Source: an uncultured virus (IMG/VR IMGVR_UViG_2700989568_000007) (taxonomy: Duplodnaviria > Heunggongvirae > Uroviricota > Caudoviricetes). From it: a DNA stretch of 20,000 nt. Where the stretch lies: the IMG/VR virus record IMGVR_UViG_2700989568_000007; one strand, written 5' to 3'. This document shows positions 9,476 to 16,447 of the stretch, one piece after another. Both the position numbers and the translations under genes were made by a program. A model generated the notes under the pieces. That model did no database searches and had not been told where the DNA came from. It was given only the letters and a program-made list of their open reading frames with translations. How positions within the stretch are numbered: the stretch's first letter is position 1; each line of letters opens with the position of its first letter.

Positions 9476-9564
9476 CTTTTTCTATGCCAACTTCCCAGAC
9501 ACATTCCCTTCCGTTTCCACTTCCAAAAAACATCTCCAGTCGCTATGATCCGCCAAATAGTAAG

Positions 9565-9578
9565 TAAGTAGTTACCTA
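9565..9578. promoter_or_regulatory. Palindromic operator-like site upstream of the replication genes
   Basis: TAAGTAGTTACCTA. Confidence 0.55.
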
Positions 9579-9589
9579 TCGGTGAGAGC

Positions 9590-10315
9590 ATGAGCCAGAT
9601 CTTTTTTGACACCATAAACAACGGCCAGTACGACTTCATGACGGAGTGGGACACGGTCGCCATGGACAAGTGGGTTGCGGAAAACATCGGTCTTTCACGA
9701 TGCCAGGGGGAGGCTGAGCTCTTTGATACAAAGTGGTTTGACTATCGCGACATGCACCCGCTGATGGCAACCTGCCTGTTCACCGAAGCCTATAAGCGCG
9801 CATACTCACAGATCATGCTGTCTCATGGCCGCGAGCATTTCGAGACGGCGCCATTCAGCACTGGTCTGAAACGCCTGCCTTACCAAGAGCTTTCGGCGGT
9901 GAACAAAACCTCTCTCTGGAAAGCTCGCCAGTTTGCAGATCGGTATTGCTGTTCTTATGACTATTTTATATCAACTGTTCTTTCTGCAGCTGCGCGCCGG
10001 CTCTGGGACAAATTACCTCGCCCTCAGCATCTTTGGCAGCCAGAACTGATTGAAATCTTCGAAAGCAAACTCGCCAGTCGTGCGGGAACGCGTCTGGATG
10101 ACTCTGTAGTGAGTTTTAAGCACTTAGGAGACATGCAGCATGACCCAATTCAGGAACGTTACTTTGAATGGGTTCTGGAGCGTTTGAAGCACATCACCCG
10201 TGATAAGCGTATCCGCACCATCTTCTCTGCTGTCTGGTTGATGGAGCTGGTGCCTGAGCGCGTTATCTACGCCCATTACCCGGAAGAACTGGAAGAAGCA
10301 CGGCGACTGTGTTGA
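9590..10315 (+). CDS. Hypothetical phage protein, probably replication-associated
   Basis: 241-aa ORF directly upstream of the helicase and primase; function inferred from context only. Confidence 0.65.
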   Translation: MSQIFFDTINNGQYDFMTEWDTVAMDKWVAENIGLSRCQGEAELFDTKWFDYRDMHPLMATCLFTEAYKRAYSQIMLSHGREHFETAPFSTGLKRLPYQELSAVNKTSLWKARQFADRYCCSYDYFISTVLSAAARRLWDKLPRPQHLWQPELIEIFESKLASRAGTRLDDSVVSFKHLGDMQHDPIQERYFEWVLERLKHITRDKRIRTIFSAVWLMELVPERVIYAHYPEELEEARRLC

Positions 10316-10379
10316 TTGCCTGTTCCATATTTTTACGATTAGAAAACAACTTGTTTAAGCACCAAAGGATAACAAACAC

Positions 10380-11720
10380 ATGACCGAACTTTGCCACACG
10401 GGACGAGGGTTGTCTGAAGAGTTCGACGACGACTTCCAGAATCGTCTGGCGGCGTATTTTTGCCGCGATCATGAGTTTCTGACTCGTGCCGGCGATCTGG
10501 TTGCCCCCAACCAATTCTCCAATGCGGCAAACGCCATACTGGTGAACATGGTATCGGGCTATTTCAGAATGTATAAGAGCGCGCCTTCATCGGCGGCCAT
10601 CCTCGATATGTTGAAGCGTGCTAAACGCGATAAGACGATCAGAGAAGAGATGTTCCCGGACGTTGTGGCGGCGTTTAAGCGGGTGCTCTCGGAAAAACTC
10701 TCTGATACGGCTTACATGGTCGACCAGGTCGCGACGTTCGCTAAAAGTGTAGCGTTCGACGATGCGTTGATTAAAGCGGCCGAGATGAAGGAGAAGGGTG
10801 ACTTCCAGGGAGCGATGGCCATCATGGCCAAAGTGCAGCAGATCGGTTCTAACGAAGCGACGGGCATTTATGACTATTACGCCTCTGCAGCGGAACGTTA
10901 CAAGGCCCGTGAATATGAAGCCTCTGATGATTATGTGCCGAACAGCATCACCACCGGTCTTCCGCTGCTGGATCGTATGCTCTATCAAAAAGGTTGGGCG
11001 AAACGTGAGATGGTGCTCTTCATGGGGTTTGCGAAATCAGGTAAATCGACAGCGATGGGGGAGTTCTCCATTAACGCAACGCTGGCCGGCTACAACGTTT
11101 TGTATCTTTCTCTCGAAGTGCATACCTCGATTCTCTCCGATCGCTTCGATGCACGGCTGTCTGAAACGGAGATGTCAAAGCTGGTAGAGCAGCGTGACGA
11201 CGTTCACCGGAAACTCGCGGAGCTTGGCGCGACGAAAGGGGTGGGGAATCTCTGGGTGGTTGAGCGCCCGTCAGGAAGCATGTCGCCTGCAGATTTGGAT
11301 CGTATGCTCAATAGCATGAAAGCGAATGGCATGATCCCGGATATGGTGGTGGTCGACTATGCGGATTTGATGCGTGCCAGTTACGACCTCCGTGACGACC
11401 GGGCGAACATCCGTTCTATCTACACCGATCTGCGTGCTCTCTACGATAAGCACAACGTTGCAGGAATCACGGCATCCCAGACCAACCGTGAAGGTGGCTC
11501 ATCCGAAGTGGCCACCATGATGCACGCCGCGGACAATATCGAAAAAGTCCGTATCGCCGACTTAGTCATCACTATCAACAAGACTGAGGAGGAAGAAGCC
11601 AAAGGTGAAGCACGACTCTATTTTGCTGGTTCCCGTAACCAGAAGGGCGGGGTGAGTATTCGCGTTAAGCAGAACCTCGAACAGATGCGCTTCATCGAGC
11701 GGATCATGGAGGTTCTTTAA
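10380..11720 (+). CDS. dnaB: DnaB-like (SF4) replicative helicase
   Basis: Walker A GFAKSGKS, LYLSLE, Walker B VVVDYAD, ASQTNR, ADLVI motifs. Confidence 0.9.
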   Translation: MTELCHTGRGLSEEFDDDFQNRLAAYFCRDHEFLTRAGDLVAPNQFSNAANAILVNMVSGYFRMYKSAPSSAAILDMLKRAKRDKTIREEMFPDVVAAFKRVLSEKLSDTAYMVDQVATFAKSVAFDDALIKAAEMKEKGDFQGAMAIMAKVQQIGSNEATGIYDYYASAAERYKAREYEASDDYVPNSITTGLPLLDRMLYQKGWAKREMVLFMGFAKSGKSTAMGEFSINATLAGYNVLYLSLEVHTSILSDRFDARLSETEMSKLVEQRDDVHRKLAELGATKGVGNLWVVERPSGSMSPADLDRMLNSMKANGMIPDMVVVDYADLMRASYDLRDDRANIRSIYTDLRALYDKHNVAGITASQTNREGGSSEVATMMHAADNIEKVRIADLVITINKTEEEEAKGEARLYFAGSRNQKGGVSIRVKQNLEQMRFIERIMEVL

Positions 11721-11727
11721 AAAAATA

Positions 11728-11761
11728 GGCGTGGGGCAAAGACGGATAACAGCCCCACGCC
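11728..11761 (+). other. GC-rich hairpin between helicase and primase
   Basis: GGCGTGGGGC / GCCCCACGCC 10-bp perfect stem with only a weak U-tract. Confidence 0.5.
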
Positions 11762-11802
11762 CTTAAAAATTACCTTTTGGTTAATCACAAAAGGAAAAAC
11801 AC

Positions 11803-11871
11803 ATGAGCCTTTATGGTATTCAAAAAACGCGGCTTATCAAGATATTGCCGTTTAAAAACTGCGGTAAATGA
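11803..11871 (+). CDS. Small ORF (22 aa, MSLYGIQKTRLIKILPFKNCGK) coupled to the primase
   Basis: AAGGA RBS; the stop overlaps the primase start (ATGA). Confidence 0.4.
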   Translation: MSLYGIQKTRLIKILPFKNCGK

Positions 11872-12989
11872 CAATGAGTGACCTCAAAGAGTTACTGTCC
11901 GAGCTGGATTTCGAACAATGGCTGGATATGGAAGGCATCATCTATCGTCGCGGCGGTGTAAGCGCCCGCGGCCGCGAAGTGAATATCAAAGAATGTCCGG
12001 TATGTGGAAGCACAAACTGGAAGGTCTATTTCAACCTGACCAACAACGTCGGGAAATGCTTCGCCGGCGATCACCCAGAAGAAATTCAATTTAACAAGCT
12101 GGTTTTCCTCAAACACTACAGCGGTAAGTCTCGTCGTGCCTTTGAGGAGTACGTACATAACGCACTCCTGTCTCAAGGTTGGGCGCCAAAAAAAGAAGAG
12201 GTTGTGCTGGCCAGTGCTGTGGAACTTGAAGGCCCGGTGGCTTTACCGCGGCATTATGAACTGCCAATTGACGGTCGGCTGCCGGACTATCTTGTTGAGC
12301 GGAACATTACCCCGGAGCTGGCCAAATATTTTGACCTGCGTTACTGCGTCGAGGGAAAACATGCTTATGTCGACCCATATACCGATCAGGTAAAAGGGCA
12401 GGCATTCGATATGCGCATCCTGATACCGATTTACGATCTGAATGGGGTGATGAAGACATTCCAGGGGCGTGACATCACCGGCGCAGCAGAACGTCGATAT
12501 CTCTTTCCAATGCAGCTGCCGGCATCCGGGAGGTTTCTCTACAATGGACATAACGCAGTTGGTAAGCAAACCGTCGTCGTCTGTGAGGGGGCTTTCGATG
12601 TCATGGGGGTTAAGCGCGCCATATTCGACGAGGAAATACTCCGGGACTACGTAGAGCCCATTGGCACGTTCGGGATGCATCTGTCCGGAAACACGACTGT
12701 AGACGCAGAAGACCAGCTGGGCGCGTTTCTGTCGTTAAAGGCTGATGGTCTGCGAAACGTCATCATGATGTGGGATAGCGAGAAGCAAGCGATCCGAAAC
12801 ACAATGGCGGCCGCCAGACGATTAACCAGTATAGGGTTAAATGTGAAAATAGCCTGTCTGGGAGAAGAAGGGCTAGATCCCGGAGAGGCCACCCAGGAAC
12901 AAATTCTCAAAGCCTACTATCGTGCAAAACCCTACTCTAAGCAACTGGAGCTGCAGAGCAAGGTTCTCGGTATTAGTGCATTTAATTAG
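11868..12989 (+). CDS. DNA primase (zinc finger + TOPRIM)
   Basis: CPVC...C..H zinc-binding region, FQGRD, TOPRIM VVCEGAFD, MMWD and LDPG motifs; adjacent to the helicase. Confidence 0.88.
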   Translation: MTMSDLKELLSELDFEQWLDMEGIIYRRGGVSARGREVNIKECPVCGSTNWKVYFNLTNNVGKCFAGDHPEEIQFNKLVFLKHYSGKSRRAFEEYVHNALLSQGWAPKKEEVVLASAVELEGPVALPRHYELPIDGRLPDYLVERNITPELAKYFDLRYCVEGKHAYVDPYTDQVKGQAFDMRILIPIYDLNGVMKTFQGRDITGAAERRYLFPMQLPASGRFLYNGHNAVGKQTVVVCEGAFDVMGVKRAIFDEEILRDYVEPIGTFGMHLSGNTTVDAEDQLGAFLSLKADGLRNVIMMWDSEKQAIRNTMAAARRLTSIGLNVKIACLGEEGLDPGEATQEQILKAYYRAKPYSKQLELQSKVLGISAFN

Positions 12990-13049
12990 TTCGACTCATG
13001 GCTGTAGTTCCATATCCGTGTCGGAAATACCATAATTTTTTTATGGATG

Positions 13050-13063
13050 TAGGTATCTACTTA
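13050..13063. promoter_or_regulatory. Palindromic operator-like site
   Basis: TAGGTATCTACTTA in an AT-rich promoter region. Confidence 0.55.
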
Positions 13064-13109
13064 AATATTTTAATGTAATAAATAACACTTTGGTTATGGA
13101 GGACATCAC

Positions 13110-13898
13110 ATGAAAAAAGGTATCGAACAGGCAGTTTTAGAGATGATCAAGAAGTCAGGCGTAGAGCTTGGCGAGGGAGAACTGGAGAGCATCATCGATG
13201 CCTCATTCAACACGGCATCAGAGCACATATCGAATGCGCTATCCTGCATTCCTCTCAAAGAAGGGGCGACACATACGTCGGTGTTAGTGTGGTACGCAAA
13301 GACGCCTGAAATGCCCGGTACTGTTCAAAAGCGTGTAGCTCTGGTTGCGTTCATCGTCCCGTCGTTTGAGACCGGCATTGGGCCAGTCGCGCGTTTTGGC
13401 GCCTGGTATGACGACAAAATCATCTTCTCAAACTGCTACCAGATGGAAAGCAGAGAATCCCTTGAGAAGAGCGTGAACGTGACTCTAAGAGCCGTAGAAA
13501 GCAAATGCGAGACAGTAGGAGAGGCTTTCGTCAGCGTCATGACTTCTCCCGATGTTGAAAAACGCCATGTAGATCTGGTGGCACCACCAGGCTTGTTGGA
13601 AATGATTGTCTCTGGAGATTACAACAAGGCTATAGCGCGTGTTCGTGAGCTGGACTATGGGCGTATCTGCGACTTGTGTCGTAGTGATCTGGACTTAATC
13701 AACGTGATCGTTGAGGCTGGCCGCGTCTGTGATGGGGTGTTGGCGCAATACGCAAGTAAGATCAGTCGTTTGGCCAATGAAATGCCTATGCTGATTCAGG
13801 AAGCCAAATCCCACGCCGTTCATGCCGCAAACGACCTGCTAACCCCATATCGATACGAAGCCGCAAGTGACAAGATGACCGGCTGGGCCACCTGGTAA
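13110..13898 (+). CDS. Hypothetical protein
   Basis: 262-aa ORF with a strong GGAGG RBS. Confidence 0.75.
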   Translation: MKKGIEQAVLEMIKKSGVELGEGELESIIDASFNTASEHISNALSCIPLKEGATHTSVLVWYAKTPEMPGTVQKRVALVAFIVPSFETGIGPVARFGAWYDDKIIFSNCYQMESRESLEKSVNVTLRAVESKCETVGEAFVSVMTSPDVEKRHVDLVAPPGLLEMIVSGDYNKAIARVRELDYGRICDLCRSDLDLINVIVEAGRVCDGVLAQYASKISRLANEMPMLIQEAKSHAVHAANDLLTPYRYEAASDKMTGWATW

Positions 13899-13977
13899 GC
13901 CGTGACTATGTACTGTGTCCCCGTACAGAGTTATTTAAACTGATTAGTAAGTAAGTACAAGATTATCATTTAGAGAA

Positions 13978-14445
13978 ATGGCTACCAAAACTGACTTATC
14001 AAAAATCCCTTCGATCTCTGGACTCAACGGCTACTCGCTGCGTTGCCCGGAAGTGAAGCTTAACGGACATGACTCGTACTGCAGCTACACCGTCTGTCAG
14101 CACACGATCCTTGCCTTCAAAGAGAAGCGACTGCCGGCGTCATCGTTCACCTCCTGTGCGAACGCCATTTCGGCCGGAAAATGCCAGGCGCTGGAAATGA
14201 TGGTGGAGGAAATCCGGCAAGGTGAGTCGCTGTATTTCGTCGATATGCCGGCGCTCATTGAAGAGGTGGAGGAAAGAAACCGAACAGCAAGAACCCTGCA
14301 GCCGAAGAGAGGCAGTGCATCTATCTACAGTGGAATTAAGGGGAAGCGCCAATCTTCGACCGTTGCTGAAACTGGCAGACTGCCCGATGCCAGCGAGATT
14401 TATTCAGAACTTATCAAAGAAACCTTAAAGGTGAAGACCGACTAA
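13978..14445 (+). CDS. Hypothetical Cys-rich protein
   Basis: 155-aa ORF with five Cys in the N-terminal half; TAATG overlap with the next gene. Confidence 0.7.
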   Translation: MATKTDLSKIPSISGLNGYSLRCPEVKLNGHDSYCSYTVCQHTILAFKEKRLPASSFTSCANAISAGKCQALEMMVEEIRQGESLYFVDMPALIEEVEERNRTARTLQPKRGSASIYSGIKGKRQSSTVAETGRLPDASEIYSELIKETLKVKTD

Positions 14446-14693
14446 TGGAGAAGCTGATCGCGCTTAAACATAAGCTGGACGCCATTAAAGCAATGGGAAC
14501 GAACGCCAAGAAAGAGGCGCTGGCCAGTATGAATGACTTCGAACAAAGAATGGTGTCACTCATGCTGAACCCATTTGTTCGTTTCGGGGTGAAGAAATAC
14601 AAAGTGGCCGATCCACTTAGCAAGTCCGTACCCAGTGATCAGAAAGCGATAGAGCTGCTGGAGCAACTGATTGAAGCAGGAGAATACTCATGA
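14445..14693 (+). pseudogene. Truncated ATP-dependent DNA ligase (N-terminal fragment only)
   Basis: LDAIKAMGTNAKKEALAS...LMLNPFVRFGVKKY...IELLEQL resembles, from memory, the N-terminal DNA-binding domain of T4-type ligases. It ends after 82 aa with no KxDG adenylation motif. Confidence 0.6.
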
Positions 14694-14842
14694 TTCCATA
14701 CATCATATTGACTTTTTCTGGAGGCGTCGCCCTTGGCTTCATCATCTGTCATGACTTGATCAAGCAGGAACTGAAGACCAAAACACTACGTATCGGTAAG
14801 CGGGTATATCGCGTCGTTCACGAGACAGGGGTATCAAAATGA
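14690..14842 (+). CDS. Small membrane protein (50 aa)
   Basis: MIPYIILTFSGGVALGFIICHDLIKQELKTKTLRIGKRVYRVVHETGVSK, with an AGGAG RBS and ATGA overlaps at both ends; too short for the ORF track. Confidence 0.7.
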   Translation: MIPYIILTFSGGVALGFIICHDLIKQELKTKTLRIGKRVYRVVHETGVSK

Positions 14843-15138
14843 GCAATCTAACCTCCTTAGACTGGTGGGTAGGCTTGTACTTTGTGGCCTCTGGTGTCGC
14901 AGTAGCTTTCACGGTTGGCCAGTCTCTTGTAAAGCTACTGCTTTTAAGATTCGCCAATCGCAAGCGTATCGATGACACGCTTTGGTGCCTTGGATCTCTA
15001 CTTGAACAGCGTTACGGCGAGCTGAAGGAAGGTGCAACCCTTTGCATAAAGGCAAAACGTTTCACGGCCACAATCCAACGGACGCAGGATGAGAAGCCAG
15101 TACTGATCAAAAAAGGAGCAAGCGAACGCATGAAATAA
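14839..15138 (+). CDS. Hypothetical membrane protein
   Basis: 99 aa with an N-terminal hydrophobic helix; coupled to the upstream small ORF. Confidence 0.65.
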   Translation: MSNLTSLDWWVGLYFVASGVAVAFTVGQSLVKLLLLRFANRKRIDDTLWCLGSLLEQRYGELKEGATLCIKAKRFTATIQRTQDEKPVLIKKGASERMK

Positions 15139-15142
15139 TAGG

Positions 15143-15156
15143 TAAGTGTTTACTTA
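15143..15156. promoter_or_regulatory. Palindromic operator-like site at the head of the RNA cluster
   Basis: TAAGTGTTTACTTA followed by TGATATAAAT (extended -10-like), a 10-mer also seen downstream of the 4442 site. Confidence 0.55.
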
Positions 15157-15184
15157 TTAAGTTGATATAAATATGATTGACTTA

Positions 15185-15303
15185 TTTTCGTTGAGACGCG
15201 ACTGTTTGAACGTTTAAAGATAACTGCAAACGACAATCAGTATCTGGCAGTAGCCTAAAAAGCCAAACACCAGCGAGGTCAGTTTCCAGCCTCGTCACCG
15301 AAA
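15185..15303 (+). ncRNA. Candidate tmRNA-like RNA carrying an SsrA-type tag frame (ANDNQYLAVA*)
   Basis: ATAACT-GCA AAC GAC AAT CAG TAT CTG GCA GTA GCC TAA (tag 15226-15258), with no in-frame start codon. The flanks can pair (TTTCG/CGAAA, TGTTTG/CAAACA). No canonical tRNA-like domain found. Confidence 0.5.
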
Positions 15304-15338
15304 TGGGACACACTAAGCGAGTGTGATTGCAAAACGCA

Positions 15339-15858
15339 GGTAGGGCATCTGGTTAACCAGTGCCCTTACCGATGAGGTAACAGAATGGGCGGTTGGGTTT
15401 TATGTCCAACACATCCCGGCTCCCAAAGGCCCGACCGTCTATCCTGTTACGTCATTTCTGTTACTTATGTCGTTTAGTTTTGGGTTAAAAATGGCGACGT
15501 AACCCGGCTGGTTAGGTGAGCCAGCACGCAACGTTGAGACCACTGGTTTTTGCATCACAGAGGCAGAGCCGGCAGACATGTAGGGCCAAGTACATTAATC
15601 CGTCCCAGTGGTCTCAACGTTGTGGTCACGGATTCATTATCCTTCTGGTTATAGCCATTGTTGTCACTGCCCCGTGCCCACAACGATTAAATGATTCCAT
15701 ACATCTAATTAGATCTGAATGAAAACTCTCCTCAGCCCTCGGAGAGTATTTGAAGATCTTGGCTTGTAAGCGTTTGGTGAACACGTAAAGCACAAGTGGC
15801 AGGAAACGGTAGGACTGCTGCGAACGACACCGGTGAATCGACAGCGGCTGACGGTGTC
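15339..15858 (+). ncRNA. Cluster of structured non-coding RNA hairpins
   Basis: Stems at 15339-15370, 15372-15455, 15527-15624, 15618-15685, 15725-15747 and 15826-15858. Several deviations are G-U compatible on the + strand, and there is no credible ORF. Confidence 0.55.
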
Positions 15859-15865
15859 AACCTTA

Positions 15866-15940
15866 GATGGTGTAGCTCAGTGGTAGAGCGGTTGACTGTT
15901 AATCAGCTGGTCGGTGGTTCGAATCCCCCCACCATCGCCA
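15866..15940 (+). tRNA. tRNA-Asn (GTT)
   Basis: Acceptor stem GATGGTG/CACCATC, D arm GCTC..GAGC, anticodon loop CTGTTAA, TTCGAAT T-loop, encoded CCA; one T-stem mismatch. Confidence 0.93.
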
Positions 15941-16084
15941 CAACGGTAAGGGTATTTGGACGACAGCAAGGAAGGCGCGCTCTTTGGCTGTTCGCGACGG
16001 ATCTGATTCCCTGAATTCCCTTACCGTTGTGATGAATTGCAGCTCGTTGAAGCAACCAGAAGATAAGCATCTGGCGTCACAACG
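15939..16084 (+). ncRNA. Overlapping hairpin pair between the tRNAs
   Basis: CACAACGGTAAGGG (15939-15952) / CCCTTACCGTTGTG (16018-16031), and CGTTGTGATG (16025-16034) / CGTCACAACG (16075-16084). Confidence 0.5.
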
Positions 16085-16087
16085 AAC

Positions 16088-16174
16088 GGAGGATAGAGGG
16101 CATGGCGCCCAAGCGGTCTTGAAAACCGTCCCATTGCGAAAGCGATGATGGTTCGATTCCATTATCCTCCGCCA
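16088..16174 (+). tRNA. tRNA-Ser (TGA)
   Basis: Acceptor stem GGAGGAT/ATCCTCC, G discriminator + CCA, anticodon loop CTTGAAA, long variable arm, TTCGATT T-loop. Confidence 0.9.
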
Positions 16175-16175
16175 A

Positions 16176-16256
16176 CACAGCGTTGAGCGGTTTGGTTTTG
16201 TTTTTCTTATCGAAAAGACTCCGCCTGTCACCATGGCCAGACCGCTCAACGCTGTG
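16176..16256 (+). ncRNA. 20-bp hairpin directly after tRNA-Ser
   Basis: CACAGCGTTGAGCGGTTTGG / CCAGACCGCTCAACGCTGTG (one G-U pair). Confidence 0.5.
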
Positions 16257-16330
16257 ATAGACATTACGGCAGACGTTCTTTAACCATAGCTTCTAGCATC
16301 TTAGCAACACTTTTTTCAGCGCAAAATCCA

Positions 16331-16350
16331 AAGGGGCTTCGGCCCCTTTT
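16331..16350 (+). terminator. Rho-independent terminator closing the RNA cluster
   Basis: AAGGGGC-TTCG-GCCCCTTTT. Confidence 0.9.
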
Positions 16351-16372
16351 CTTGCATAAACGCCCTTGTCGT

Positions 16373-16386
16373 TATGTAACTACTTA
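16373..16386. promoter_or_regulatory. Palindromic operator-like site upstream of phoH
   Basis: TATGTAACTACTTA (reverse complement TAAGTAGTTACATA). Confidence 0.5.
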
Positions 16387-16447
16387 CTTACTTTTGTGTT
16401 AACTTTTAGGTATAGTTCGTCTGGTTACTCACTTGAAAGGACTCAAT

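Noticed and set aside
11845..11871. Programmed -1 frameshift fusing the mini-ORF to the primase
   Set aside because: The -1 frame contains a TAA immediately before the primase ATG.
598..12910. Numerous short alternative-frame and antisense ORFs inside long genes
   Set aside because: Shadow ORFs of well-supported genes with no independent evidence; the o-spanin is the exception and was kept.
13913..13928. CTG-N10-CAG site (CTGTGTCCCCGTACAG)
   Set aside because: The GC-rich spacer is a poor fit to the LexA consensus; not supportable without data.
15185..15600. Canonical full-length ssrA gene
   Set aside because: No GGGG-type 5' acceptor strand and no T-arm with ACCA end at the expected distances from the tag frame.
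15339..16256. CRISPR array interpretation of the hairpin cluster
   Set aside because: No direct repeats of constant length or spacing; the shared motif is only about 7 nt and occurs as inverted pairs; no cas genes in the window.
15516..16264. ORFs 15516-15722, 15796-16014 and 15899-16264(-)
   Set aside because: They overlap tRNAs and RNA stems, and have no convincing RBS or protein features.
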